From contig JAEWIX010000064.1 in NCBI GenBank assembly GCA_023386885.1, positions 103,314-167,313 of the forward strand: a stretch of DNA of 64,000 bases, written 5' to 3'. The notes under the pieces are model-generated. The model did not search any database. It worked only from the letters and a program-made list of their open reading frames with translations, and was not told where the DNA came from. The DNA comes from Pseudomonadota bacterium (GTDB taxonomy: Bacteria > Pseudomonadota > Alphaproteobacteria > Rhizobiales > Xanthobacteraceae). Positions 1-9,887 of the stretch are shown piece after piece (within the stretch, counting starts at the first letter, position 1; every line of letters begins with the position of its first letter). Position numbers and translations under genes: made by a program.

Positions 1-99
1 TCCTTCGCGCGTGTGGCGATCGATCGTGGAGTGAAATCTGCCATGGTCAGACGATGTCCGAAATGGCATATTTCCCTCGTTTCAAGACATGAGGGCTAA

Positions 100-1038
100 A
101 TGATCGCCATCCTGGTCTTTCCGGATTTTCAGTTGCTCGACGCCGCCGGGCCGATTTCGGTGTTCGAACATGCGACGCGGATCGCGCGGACGCCGACCCC
201 GATCAAGATCGTCAGCGCGACTCCCGGCGAGGTGCGAAGTTCGTCGGGCGTGGCGCTGCTGGCGCGCTCCCTCAAGACTGCCGCCGGTGCTCATACGCTG
301 CTGATTGCCGGCGGCATCGGCGTCGATGCCGCGATCCGGAGCAAGCCGACGCTGTCTTTCGTCCGCGCGGCCGCGCGGCGCGGCTGCCGGATCGCCAGCA
401 TCTGCTCGGGCGCGTATGTGCTGGCCGAGGCGGGCTTGCTCGACGGGCGACGGGCAACGACGCACTGGCGGCGCACCAACCATTTCCGGGCGCGTTATCC
501 GAACGTGAAGCTGGAGCCGGACCGTATCTATGTTCAGGACGGCAACATCTGGAGTTCGGCCGGGATTTCCGCCGGCATCGATCTCGCGCTCGCGCTGGTG
601 GCGGAGGATTTCAACAACGAGGTGGCACGCGCCACTGCGCGGCAACTAGTCGTCTATCATCGCCGCGCCGGCGGACAGTCGCAGTTCTCGTCGCTGCTCG
701 AGTTGAAGGCACCGACCGGGCGTTTCGCCGAACTGCTCGGCTGGGCACGCGCGCATCTCGATCAACCGCTGACGGTCGAATGTCTGGCGGAACAGGCCGG
801 CATGAGTTCGCGGCATTTCGCCCGCGCGTTTGTTGCGGAAACAGGCATGACGCCGTCGAAGGCCATCGAGCGGCTGCGCATCGAGGTGGCGCGGCAAGCG
901 GTGCAATCCGGCAGCGAAGGCATCGAGGATGTGGCGCGCTCGACCGGCTTCGGCGATCCCGAACGGATGCGACGCGCCTTCATTCGCGCCTTCGGGCAGC
1001 CGCCGCAGGCGTTGCGGCGCGCTGCCCGCGCGGCGTGA
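100..1038 (+). CDS. GlxA-family transcriptional regulator (DJ-1/PfpI-like domain + AraC-type HTH)
   Basis: 312-aa ORF. N-terminal 'ILVFPDFQLLDAAGP...IASICSGAYVLAEAGLLDGRRATTHW' amidotransferase-like fold. C-terminal 'LAEQAGMSSRHFARAF...GFGDPERMRRAF' AraC HTH signature. Confidence 0.85.
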   Translation: MIAILVFPDFQLLDAAGPISVFEHATRIARTPTPIKIVSATPGEVRSSSGVALLARSLKTAAGAHTLLIAGGIGVDAAIRSKPTLSFVRAAARRGCRIASICSGAYVLAEAGLLDGRRATTHWRRTNHFRARYPNVKLEPDRIYVQDGNIWSSAGISAGIDLALALVAEDFNNEVARATARQLVVYHRRAGGQSQFSSLLELKAPTGRFAELLGWARAHLDQPLTVECLAEQAGMSSRHFARAFVAETGMTPSKAIERLRIEVARQAVQSGSEGIEDVARSTGFGDPERMRRAFIRAFGQPPQALRRAARAA

Positions 1039-1043
1039 GGTTT

Positions 1044-1988
1044 TTAGTTCAGCGCTCGCAGCCACGCGGCGATGTCAGTCAGCGCGACACCAGCTTTCGG
1101 CAACAGCTTGCCCATGGTGATGAAGCCGTGAAACTGGCCGGGATAGGTGACGTGCTTCACGGCGACGCCGGCGTCCTTCAGACGGGCGGCGTATTCGTCG
1201 CCTTCGTCGCGCAGCGGATCGGCGCCGGCGGTCAGCACATAAGCCGGCGGCTGACCCTTGAGGGTTTCGGCGCGCGCGGGTGACGCCTGCCAGCCTTCGC
1301 CATCGGCGAGCGTGTTGAAGTACTGGTCGCGGAACCAGCGGATCACCGAATGGGTGAGCAGGCAACTGGTCTCCGGTTCGCTGTGCGAGGGATGCGACAT
1401 GCGGAAGTCGGTCGCCGGATAGATCAGCACCTGGCCGGCGATTTTCGGTCCATGCTCGCGCGCGTTGAGCGCCACCACGGCCGAGAGGTTGCCGCCGGCG
1501 CTGTCGCCGCCGACCATCAGCCGCGCTGGGTCGATGCCGAGGCTGTCGGCATTCGCCGCAATCCATTGTGCGGCTGCGATGGCGTCGTTCACGGCGGCTG
1601 GAAATTTGTGTTCGGGACTGAGGCGATAGTCCACCGCGATCACCAGCAATTGCCCTTCGTGAGCCAGGGTGCGGCAGACCGCGTCGTGAGAGTCGAGGTT
1701 ACCGATCACCCAGCCGCCGCCGTGATAGAAGACGAGGCAGGGCGCGCGGCCGTCGGTTTCGCGCAGAGTCTTCGGACGATATACCCGCAGGGGAATGGCG
1801 CCGTTGGGACCGGTGGCGTCGAGCGGTCGCACCGACGCGAGTTCCGGCGTCTCGGGACGCGCCGCTTCGCAGCCTTTCAGATAAAGCTCGCGCGCCTCCG
1901 GCGGCGTCAGGGTTTCGTAAGGCGGGCGGCCGGCATCGCGAAAAGCCTGCAAAACGGCGGCGGCGTCCGGATCGAGCGTCACGGGCAT
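1044..1988 (-). CDS. alpha/beta hydrolase, hormone-sensitive-lipase-type esterase
   Basis: 314-aa ORF with 'FYHGGGWVIG' oxyanion motif and 'GGDSAGGN' nucleophile elbow. Confidence 0.85.
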   Translation of the reverse strand: MPVTLDPDAAAVLQAFRDAGRPPYETLTPPEARELYLKGCEAARPETPELASVRPLDATGPNGAIPLRVYRPKTLRETDGRAPCLVFYHGGGWVIGNLDSHDAVCRTLAHEGQLLVIAVDYRLSPEHKFPAAVNDAIAAAQWIAANADSLGIDPARLMVGGDSAGGNLSAVVALNAREHGPKIAGQVLIYPATDFRMSHPSHSEPETSCLLTHSVIRWFRDQYFNTLADGEGWQASPARAETLKGQPPAYVLTAGADPLRDEGDEYAARLKDAGVAVKHVTYPGQFHGFITMGKLLPKAGVALTDIAAWLRALN

Positions 1989-2046
1989 TCGGAAGTCCTC
2001 GTTCGGTGAATGTAAATCGGATCAAGTGAAACATGAGCAAGGTTTG

Positions 2047-2823
2047 CTAACCTGCTGTACGACCGCCATCTATGGTGTAAGCGGAACCGCTGACATAGCT
2101 TGCGGCATCGGAGGCGAGGAAGGCGACGGTCTGAGCCACCTCGGCGGGGAGGCCAAGCCGGTGCGCCGGGATCCGGGCAAGAACCTTTTCGGAATCGGCG
2201 CGGGCGTTCGGGTTGCGTCCCTCGAAGATCGCGGACAGCATTCGGCTCTGGATCAGGCCGGGGCAGACGCAATTGACCCGCACGCGCGTCGTCGAACACT
2301 CCATCGCCACGCTCTTGGTCAGGCCGATCACGGCGTGCTTGCTGGCGCTATAGACCGCGATGTGCGGTGATCCGATCAGTCCGGCGATCGAGGCTGTGTT
2401 GACGATGCTGCCGGCGTTGGCCTTCAGCATGACCGGAAGCACATGCTTGATGCCGAGGAACACGCCGACGACATTGACGTCCAGCACACGACGAAAGCTT
2501 TCGAGGCTGTAGTCCTGAATCGGTGCGATATCGCCTTCGATGCCGGCATTGTTGAAGAACACGTCGATGGTGCCGGCGGCTTCAACGGTACGGCGGACGT
2601 AGGCCGCGACATCGTCTTCGCGGCTGACGTCGGCGGTGACGGCGAGGACGCGCGCCTCCGCCGGTAGCGCCGCCACCGCGCGCTGCAACTGTGCCTCGTT
2701 GCGATCCACCGCGACGATGCGTGCGCCTCTGGCTGCGAACAATTGCATGGTCGCCGTTCCGATTTCGCCGGCCGCGCCGGTGATCAGGGCAACCTTTCCG
2801 TCGAGACGCAACTCGTCTGCCAT
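2047..2823 (-). CDS. SDR-family oxidoreductase
   Basis: 258 aa. Has 'ITGAAGEIG' Rossmann motif, 'NNAG' and the 'YSASK' catalytic YxxxK. Confidence 0.85.
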   Translation of the reverse strand: MADELRLDGKVALITGAAGEIGTATMQLFAARGARIVAVDRNEAQLQRAVAALPAEARVLAVTADVSREDDVAAYVRRTVEAAGTIDVFFNNAGIEGDIAPIQDYSLESFRRVLDVNVVGVFLGIKHVLPVMLKANAGSIVNTASIAGLIGSPHIAVYSASKHAVIGLTKSVAMECSTTRVRVNCVCPGLIQSRMLSAIFEGRNPNARADSEKVLARIPAHRLGLPAEVAQTVAFLASDAASYVSGSAYTIDGGRTAG

Positions 2824-3094
2824 GGGCGGCGTGTCCTTCCCTGGTGTATTTGCACAAGACCGGTGTTCCGGCTGTGTGGATGGCCGTTCCCGTCTGGCGA
2901 CGAAGGCCGTTGCCGAACTATCTCAGCTTTGCCGAAGCGATGCCAGCCGTGGCGGAACAGGCCCGCTCTGCGCCGCCCGCGGCCGACCATCCGCCCTTTC
3001 CCCGCCTCATTCCGCGTGTTAACCGGGGCCCTGCGAGCGGCGGAATACCCGATAGAATGTCGCGAGCCCGATTCGCCCACTGAAGCCGCAAGAG

Positions 3095-4000
3095 ATGTTT
3101 CGCACCACGAGCATAGTCAGCCTGGCAGCTCTTGCTGCCGCCCTGTGGGTCGCCCCGGTGCCGCCGGCATCGGCGCAGCTTGGCAATATTTTCTCCGATC
3201 CAGCGCCGCGTCCGCCGGGCAACGTGCCGCAAGGCGCTTTCCCGTCCGATGACGACGAAGAGGTGCCCGACCTGCCGCGTGGTCGGCTGTTGCCGACGCC
3301 GACGCGTCCACCGCCGCCGGGGCAGGGCGTCCCGCCACCCGGCCGCGTCCAATCGCAACCGCTTCAGCCGCCGCCGGGCTCAACCGCGGCACCTCAAGGG
3401 CAACAGCCCGGCGTGGCCATAGCGCCGCCGGCTGCAGCCCCGAACGCACCGGCCGGACAGAAGCCGCCGCGCAACGGCACCGCCGCCGCGCCTCCGGCGC
3501 CCGCCACGTTGCAGCCGGGCGACGAAGTCGTGACCGAGCCGCCGGCGCAGAAGATCGTCAACAAGAAGGCCACCTTCTCAGGCCTCGACAAGATCACCGG
3601 CCGCATCATCAGCTTCGATGCCGATATCGGCGAGACGGTGCAGTTCGGCGCGCTGCGGGTGAAGACCGATGCCTGCTATACGCGGCCGGCGACCGAGGCC
3701 GCCAATACCGACGCTTTCGTCGAGGTCGACGAGATCACCCTGCAGGGTGAGGTGAAGCGGATTTTCTCCGGCTGGATGTTCGCGGCGAGCCCCGGCCTGC
3801 ACGGCGTCGAGCATCCGATCTACGATATCTGGCTGACCGACTGTAAAGGACCGGAGAACACCATCGTGGCGGCGCAACCAGACGCCGCGCCGAAGCCGGC
3901 GCCGACCCAGCAGAAGCGGCCGCCGCGCGAGCAAAGGCGACGTCCGCCGCCGCCATCGGCACCACCGCCGCCAGCACCGCTTCCGCCGTTCCAGCGGTAG
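3095..4000 (+). CDS. DUF2155-domain periplasmic protein with proline-rich extensions
   Basis: Signal peptide 'MFRTTSIVSLAALAAALWVAPVPPASA'. Core 'KATFSGLDKITGRIISFDADIGETVQFGALRVKTDACYTRP...IWLTDC' matches my recollection of DUF2155, and its position next to aat is typical. Confidence 0.7.
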   Translation: MFRTTSIVSLAALAAALWVAPVPPASAQLGNIFSDPAPRPPGNVPQGAFPSDDDEEVPDLPRGRLLPTPTRPPPPGQGVPPPGRVQSQPLQPPPGSTAAPQGQQPGVAIAPPAAAPNAPAGQKPPRNGTAAAPPAPATLQPGDEVVTEPPAQKIVNKKATFSGLDKITGRIISFDADIGETVQFGALRVKTDACYTRPATEAANTDAFVEVDEITLQGEVKRIFSGWMFAASPGLHGVEHPIYDIWLTDCKGPENTIVAAQPDAAPKPAPTQQKRPPREQRRRPPPPSAPPPPAPLPPFQR

Positions 4001-4015
4001 GGTCCGGGCTGCGAT

Positions 4016-4708
4016 CTATCGCGGCCGTTCGCGCGTGGCTCCTGCGATGATCGTCAGCGCTTCCGCGCCCGTGATCGGACGCTCGATCGGCAGATGCGCG
4101 AAATCGGCCGTGTGCCCCAAGGCCGCATCGAGCCGTGTCAGATAGACCGTGCGCGGAATTTCGACGGCGCCGAACGTCTTCAGGTGCGGCGTCACGAACT
4201 GGGTGTCGAGCAGCACGTAACCTCCTGCGATCAGCCGCGCCACCAGATGCACCAGCGCCACCTTGGACGCATCGCGTGCCCGGTGAAACATGCTTTCGCC
4301 GAAGAAGGCCCCGCCAAGGCTGACGCCGTAAAGTCCGCCGACCAGATCGTCGCCGTCCCACGCCTCGACGCTGTGACAATGGCCGCGTTCGAACAACCCA
4401 ACATAGAGATCGCGAATGCGCCGGTTGATCCATGTGTCATCGCGCTGCGCCTGCGGCTCGGCGCAGCCGGCAATCACCGCCTTGAACGCGCGGTCGACGG
4501 TGACGGTAAAGGTGTCGGCGCGCACCGTGCGCGCTAGCCGCGACGCGATATGAAACCGGTCGAGCGGAATGATGCCGCGCTGTTCGGGTTCGACCCAGAA
4601 CAATGTCGGGTCGTCGGCGCTCTCCGCCATCGGGAAGATGCCGCAGGCGTAGGCACGCAGCAGAACGTCAGGTGTGATTTCAGAGGATTGAGAGTCGCGC
4701 GAAGCCAT
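4016..4708 (-). CDS. aat: leucyl/phenylalanyl-tRNA--protein transferase
   Basis: 230 aa with 'GIFPM', '[25 protein letters not shown]' and '[11 protein letters not shown]' motifs characteristic of Aat. Confidence 0.9.
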   Translation of the reverse strand: MASRDSQSSEITPDVLLRAYACGIFPMAESADDPTLFWVEPEQRGIIPLDRFHIASRLARTVRADTFTVTVDRAFKAVIAGCAEPQAQRDDTWINRRIRDLYVGLFERGHCHSVEAWDGDDLVGGLYGVSLGGAFFGESMFHRARDASKVALVHLVARLIAGGYVLLDTQFVTPHLKTFGAVEIPRTVYLTRLDAALGHTADFAHLPIERPITGAEALTIIAGATRERPR

Positions 4709-4739
4709 GCGCGGACGATAACAGACAATACGTCAAATT

Positions 4740-5831
4740 CTAATCCGCCGGGGAGACGCCCTTGGTGGCGGGCGGTTCGTTGTGGCGCTGGAATCGCAGG
4801 ACGATCCGCGTGCCGGCATGCGCCGGATCGCGCTCGGCCGAGGCGTTGAGCTTCGAGGCCATCGCACTGACGATACGCTGACCCATGCCGGTCGAGCGCG
4901 GATCGACCTTGGCGTGAAGGCCGACGCCGTCGTCGGCGACCGACAACTGCAACTCGTCACCGCTGCCGATCAACTGCACGTGGATCGGTCCCGGACTGTC
5001 GGGATAGGCGTATTTCACGGCGTTCATCACCAGTTCGTTGACGATGATGCCGATAGCGACCGCGCGGTCCGGATCGATCTCGATCGATTCCGCCGTCAGC
5101 GTCAGGCGCGACATCCTGTTGCCCTCGGCGGAACGCCGCAGGTCTTCCAGCAACGCCTCGAGATACTGGTTGAGCAGCACGCTGTTGAGGTCGTGCGAGG
5201 TGTAGAGGCGACGATGCACTTGCGCCACCGCCGCAACGCGCCCCATGGCGTTGCTCAGCGCCGCCTTGACGTCATCGTCATCGCTGGAGTTGGCCTGCAA
5301 GTGCAACAGCGAGGCGATGATCTGCAAGCTGTTGCCGACACGATGATTGACCTCGCGCAGCAGCACCTCGCGCTCGGCTGCCAGTGCTGCGTAGCGATCC
5401 CGCGAAGCGTGGACTTCCGCTTCCGCGTCGTCGCGCGCCTTGCGAATTTGCGCCTGTCGCATGGCGCTTTCGATGGCGACATGCAGCAGCGAAATGAAAT
5501 CGCCATGCAGGTCCTTCACCAGATAGTCGTCCGCGCCGGCCTTGAGCGCAGTAACGGCGATCTGACTGTCCTGCGAGGCGGTGACGAACACCACCGGCGG
5601 AGGATTTGGAATCGTGAGAATGCGCTCCAGCGTTTCCAGCCCGTCGGCGCCAGGCATGTACTGATCCAGCGCCACCACGTCGATGCCGCCCGCCTTGATG
5701 CGCGTGATGCCGTCGTCGCCGCTGCCGGCATGAACGACATCGAACCCCAGACGCGACAGGCCGCGATCGACCAGCCGCGCAAGCGCGTCGTCGTCGTCGA
5801 TATACAGAAGGCAGGGCTTATCGATGCTCAT
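4740..5831 (-). CDS. hybrid receiver + HisKA_2/HWE-type histidine kinase
   Basis: N-terminal REC ('DVVALDQYMPGADG'), H-box 'HRVGNSLQIIASLLHLQ', C-terminal HATPase ('VADDGVGL...GMGQRIV'). Its ATG overlaps the upstream stop as ATGA at 5828-5831. Confidence 0.8.
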   Translation of the reverse strand: MSIDKPCLLYIDDDDALARLVDRGLSRLGFDVVHAGSGDDGITRIKAGGIDVVALDQYMPGADGLETLERILTIPNPPPVVFVTASQDSQIAVTALKAGADDYLVKDLHGDFISLLHVAIESAMRQAQIRKARDDAEAEVHASRDRYAALAAEREVLLREVNHRVGNSLQIIASLLHLQANSSDDDDVKAALSNAMGRVAAVAQVHRRLYTSHDLNSVLLNQYLEALLEDLRRSAEGNRMSRLTLTAESIEIDPDRAVAIGIIVNELVMNAVKYAYPDSPGPIHVQLIGSGDELQLSVADDGVGLHAKVDPRSTGMGQRIVSAMASKLNASAERDPAHAGTRIVLRFQRHNEPPATKGVSPAD

Positions 5832-6268
5832 GTCTCAGCTTGGGGAACCTGAATGACGGAGAAGAACAACCCGAGTTGCCGGATGGCGTTGGCGAAACTC
5901 TCGTAGTTGACGGGCTTGGTTATGTAGACATTGCAACCCAGGTCATAGCAACGCTTGATTTCCTGGGCATCGTCGGTCGTGGTCAGGACGACGACCGGCG
6001 TTGCCTTCAAATGCACATTCTCTTTCACGCGCCGAAGTATATCGATACCAGACATGTCCGGGAGATTGAGGTCGAGCAATATCAACAATGCTTCGTCCTT
6101 GTGCGCCAGTCCCGATCCGTCGGTTCCGAACAGGTAACGAACGGCATCTGTACCGTTGGTGAACGGTCTGATGTCATTATTGACGCCGGAGCGGCGGATG
6201 TTGCGCTCGATCAAGCGCGCATGGCCCTCGTCGTCTTCGATCATGATGATGGTGACGGGTTTGCTCAT
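5828..6268 (-). CDS. stand-alone CheY-like response-regulator receiver
   Basis: Receiver only ('LILLDLNLPDMSG', 'VVVLTTTDD', 'YITKP'). I prefer the internal ATG at 6268 because it forms an ATGA overlap with the kinase stop. The track ORF begins at a GTG at 6298. Confidence 0.8.
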   Translation of the reverse strand: MSKPVTIIMIEDDEGHARLIERNIRRSGVNNDIRPFTNGTDAVRYLFGTDGSGLAHKDEALLILLDLNLPDMSGIDILRRVKENVHLKATPVVVLTTTDDAQEIKRCYDLGCNVYITKPVNYESFANAIRQLGLFFSVIQVPQAET

Positions 6269-7794
6269 GTTGTCTTGCCTTGTCTCCCGAGCGCCCACTT
6301 GATGGGCAACGTGACTGTAAATGTGCTGCCCGCGTCAAGCTCGGATGTTACCGACAGGGTGCCCCCGAGCCGCCGCACCAGCGCGCGAACGTGGGCGAGC
6401 CCGATGCCTTGACCGGGGCGATCTTGTGGGCCGGCACGCCGGAACAGTTCGAAAATCCGCTGATGATCCTTGGCGTCGATGCCGCGCCCGTTGTCACTGA
6501 CTTCGATAATCGCAAAACCGAGTTTTGTGCGCCCGCTGATAGCGATGTCGCCGGCAACATCGGTTCGCAGATACTTTAATGCATTGTCGATTAAGTTTGA
6601 AAATATCTGCTCCAGCGCCAGACGGTCGCTGACAATCATGGGCAGCGGTTGAACACGGATTTCCGCGTTGGCTTCGGCGGCCTGATGGGCAACGGTCCCA
6701 GCAATGCCTTCGATCAGTTCGCGCAGATCGACTGAGACAGGCTGAAACTCCCGACGGCCCTCGCGGGTGAGGTGGAGGATGGCCGAGATCAATCGATCCA
6801 TCTTGCCAATCGAGGATTTGATGAAGCCGAGTGCTTCGTTAAAATCTTCGGATAGTTTCGCATCCTCGGATTCCAGCAGCGGCTCCGCTGGCTCGGTGTC
6901 GTTAGCCGGCGCCGGGACGTTCGGATGGCTCAGCGAGGAGATGCGCTTGAAGATATCGCCGCGCAGTTCCTCGAGTTCGCTGGTGAACCCCATGATGTTG
7001 ACCAGCGGTGAGCGCAGGTCGTGGCTGACGATATAGGCAAAGCGCTGAATTTCTTCATTGGCTTCGCGCAGATCCGTCGTGCGCTCGGTTATGGTTTCTT
7101 CAAGGTTGAGATTGTTGTCACGCAACTGAGCCTCGGCTTCGTCGCGCGCGCGTGACGAACGCCGCACCAGAAAAATCGAGAACGCGGCCAATGCGACGAC
7201 GAGACCGGATCCGGCGATGGTCACCATCGAAGCCCATTGCTGGCTGCGATCGGCGGAGACGGTGCGCGCCGCGAACAGGCGATCCTCCTCGCGCCGCATC
7301 GCATTGCTGATCTCGGTGATGCGATGGACGGTGTCCTCGGATGCCGCCGCACGAAGCTGGGCGATACCGCCTTGCTGGTCCTTGCGCGCGGCGAATGCGA
7401 CGGTTTCGCGGAATTCGTTCAGGCGTGTTTCGACGGCGGCTTGCAAAGCATCGCTGTTGCGGGTCTGCACCGGATTGTCCAGCGTCAATTCGCGAAGGCG
7501 GCGGACATTGCCGAGGATATTGGCGAGCGCGGTGTCATGCTGATTCAGGAAGCGCAACTCGGAGGTCAACAAGTAACCGCGCCCGGCGCTTTCGGCGCGG
7601 CGCAATTCGAGCAGCACGGCGGCGATCTGGTTTTCGACCTCGACGGTGTGGACCACCAGCGAACTGTCTTCGCGGGCCCGATCGACGAACACGATCGATG
7701 CGGCGCTGATGGCGACGAGCACGAGAAAGCCGGCCGTCAGCAGCAATACCTGCACGGGTACGCGTCGGCGTATCGCGTCAGCAACTACCTGCAT
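6265..7794 (-). CDS. CHASE3-domain sensor histidine kinase
   Basis: TM helix, then a CHASE3-like periplasmic region ('RRAESAGRGYLLT'), a second TM, HisKA H-box 'FAYIVSHDLRSPL' and HATPase 'DNGRGID...GQGIGLAHV'. Start moved to 'MQVVADAIRR' (the track ORF extends to 7902). Confidence 0.8.
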   Translation of the reverse strand: MQVVADAIRRRVPVQVLLLTAGFLVLVAISAASIVFVDRAREDSSLVVHTVEVENQIAAVLLELRRAESAGRGYLLTSELRFLNQHDTALANILGNVRRLRELTLDNPVQTRNSDALQAAVETRLNEFRETVAFAARKDQQGGIAQLRAAASEDTVHRITEISNAMRREEDRLFAARTVSADRSQQWASMVTIAGSGLVVALAAFSIFLVRRSSRARDEAEAQLRDNNLNLEETITERTTDLREANEEIQRFAYIVSHDLRSPLVNIMGFTSELEELRGDIFKRISSLSHPNVPAPANDTEPAEPLLESEDAKLSEDFNEALGFIKSSIGKMDRLISAILHLTREGRREFQPVSVDLRELIEGIAGTVAHQAAEANAEIRVQPLPMIVSDRLALEQIFSNLIDNALKYLRTDVAGDIAISGRTKLGFAIIEVSDNGRGIDAKDHQRIFELFRRAGPQDRPGQGIGLAHVRALVRRLGGTLSVTSELDAGSTFTVTLPIKWALGRQGKTT

Positions 7795-7941
7795 CGTGCC
7801 GCGCTTGAAACATCGAAGTGTTTTGAGAGCCCCAAATCCAAGCCCCGTCCCGAATCCTTTTAGGCGATGGGATATAAGGCGCGAAAAGTTGTTTGGTTCC
7901 ATGCCATCGAAACATGAGCTTCGAACGGCGCATCGTGGCGG

Positions 7942-9294
7942 TTACCGGCCGCGATCCACGCCGGACAGATACTGCTCCAGCCAGTGGATGTGATAATCGC
8001 CGTCGATGATGTCGTGATCGCGAACCAGAGCTCTGAACAACGGCAGCGTGGTTTCGATGCCGTCCACCACGATCTCGTCCAGTGCACGCCGCAAACGCAT
8101 CAGGCATTCGGCGCGGGTCTTGCCGTGAACGATCAGCTTGCCGACAAGCGAGTCGTAATAGGGCGGGATGGTGTAGCCTTGATACACGGCGGAATCGATG
8201 CGGACGCCGAGACCGCCGGGCGGGTGATAGCGCTGGATCCTGCCGGGGGAGGGACGAAACGTCTCCGGGTTCTCGGCATTGATGCGGCATTCGATGGCAT
8301 GACCGCTGATCGCGATCTGGTCCTGCGTTGCAGGCAGGTCGCCACCGTTTGCCACGCGAATCTGCTCGAGCACCAGATCGATGCCGGTGATCGCTTCGGT
8401 CACCGGATGCTCGACCTGAATGCGGGTATTCATTTCGATGAAGTAGAATTCGCCATCTTCGTAGAGGAATTCGACGGTGCCGACGCCGAGATACTGCATC
8501 TCGCGCATCGCCTTCGCACACGTCTCGCCGATCCTTGCGCGCGCCGCCGCGGTCAGCACCGGGGAAGGGCCTTCTTCCCAGATCTTCTGATGGCGCCGCT
8601 GCAACGAACAGTCGCGCTCGCCAAGATGGACAGCGCCGCCGCGACCGTCGCCCAGCACCTGAATTTCGATGTGTCGCGGCTTCTGCAGATACTTCTCGAG
8701 ATAGACCGACGCATCGCCGAACGCCGACTTGGCTTCGTTGCCGGCGGTCGAGATTGCCAGTGCCAGATCGTCGGCGGTCTGCGCCACTTTCATGCCGCGC
8801 CCGCCGCCGCCGGCCGCTGCCTTGACCAGCACCGGGAAACCGATCGCCTTGGCGACCTCCATGGCCGCGTCGGCGGACTCGATCGCGCCCTCGGAGCCCG
8901 GCACCACGGGAATGCCGAGACGCTTGGCGGTGCGCTTGGCCTCGATCTTGTCGCCCATCAGGCGGATATGCTCGGCCTTGGGGCCGATAAAGCCGAGATT
9001 GTGCTCGGCAAGGATTTCGGCGAAGCGCGCGTTCTCGGAGAGGAAGCCGTAACCGGGATGCACGGCGTCGGCGCCGGTGATCTCGCAGGCCGCCAAAAGG
9101 TTCGGGATATTCAGATAGCTGTCTTTCGACGGCGGCGGACCGATGCAGACGCTTTCGTCTGCGAGACGGACATGCATCGCTTCGGCGTCGGCGGTCGAAT
9201 GCACCGCGACGGTCGCAATGCCCAACTCCTTGCAGGCGCGCAGCACGCGCAGGGCAATCTCACCGCGATTGGCAATCAGGATCTTGTCGAACAT
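7942..9294 (-). CDS. accC: acetyl-CoA carboxylase biotin carboxylase subunit
   Basis: 450 aa. 'MFDKILIANRGEIALRVLRACKELGI...' and the ATP-grasp motifs are near-canonical AccC. Confidence 0.95.
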   Translation of the reverse strand: MFDKILIANRGEIALRVLRACKELGIATVAVHSTADAEAMHVRLADESVCIGPPPSKDSYLNIPNLLAACEITGADAVHPGYGFLSENARFAEILAEHNLGFIGPKAEHIRLMGDKIEAKRTAKRLGIPVVPGSEGAIESADAAMEVAKAIGFPVLVKAAAGGGGRGMKVAQTADDLALAISTAGNEAKSAFGDASVYLEKYLQKPRHIEIQVLGDGRGGAVHLGERDCSLQRRHQKIWEEGPSPVLTAAARARIGETCAKAMREMQYLGVGTVEFLYEDGEFYFIEMNTRIQVEHPVTEAITGIDLVLEQIRVANGGDLPATQDQIAISGHAIECRINAENPETFRPSPGRIQRYHPPGGLGVRIDSAVYQGYTIPPYYDSLVGKLIVHGKTRAECLMRLRRALDEIVVDGIETTLPLFRALVRDHDIIDGDYHIHWLEQYLSGVDRGR

Positions 9295-9360
9295 GGCGTC
9301 CTAATCAGTAAGCAGCGAGGCGAGTGGACAAAACGGTAAATCTCGATCCGGCGTCGGTCG

Positions 9361-9843
9361 TTATTCGATGATGACGAGCGGCTCGCCGAACTCGACCGGC
9401 TGGCCGTCCTCGACGAGAATTTGCGTCACGGTGCCGGCCTTCGGCGACGGAATCTGGTTCATCGTTTTCATCGCTTCGATGATCATCAGCGTGTCGCCGA
9501 CCTTGACCTTGGAGCCGATGTCGATGAACGGCTTGGCACCGGGCTCGGAGGCCCAATAGGCGGTGCCGACCATCGGCGAGGGGACCACGCCGGGATGCTT
9601 GCTGACGTCGGAGCCGCCGGCGGGAGCCGCTGCAACCGGTGCCGACGCGACAGGCTGCGCAATCGCCGGGACGGCAGCGGCAATGCTGACGTTGCGCGCC
9701 ACGCGTACGCGCAGGCCGGAACGCTCGATCTCGATCTCGGTCAGATTTGTTTCATCGAGCAGGGTCGCAAGTTCGCGGATCAATTCGCTGTCGTTGACCG
9801 ATGCTGACTTCGATGAGGATGAATCTTCAGGCTGGCGGGCCAT
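9361..9843 (-). CDS. accB: acetyl-CoA carboxylase biotin carboxyl carrier protein
   Basis: C-terminal biotinyl domain with '[11 protein letters not shown]'. Start placed at 'MARQPEDSS' (the track ORF is longer). Lies directly upstream of accC. Confidence 0.9.
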   Translation of the reverse strand: MARQPEDSSSSKSASVNDSELIRELATLLDETNLTEIEIERSGLRVRVARNVSIAAAVPAIAQPVASAPVAAAPAGGSDVSKHPGVVPSPMVGTAYWASEPGAKPFIDIGSKVKVGDTLMIIEAMKTMNQIPSPKAGTVTQILVEDGQPVEFGEPLVIIE

Positions 9844-9887
9844 GCTGTGTTCCGAAACTTTTGAGCTGGACTGAGATAGAGGATGGG

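Noticed and set aside
1-99. Possible 5' end of a minus-strand gene leaving the left edge, divergent from the GlxA-type regulator
   Set aside because: Two candidate ATGs (reverse-complement CAT around positions 41-43 and 66-68) give fewer than 25 codons inside the window. That is too little sequence to support any call.
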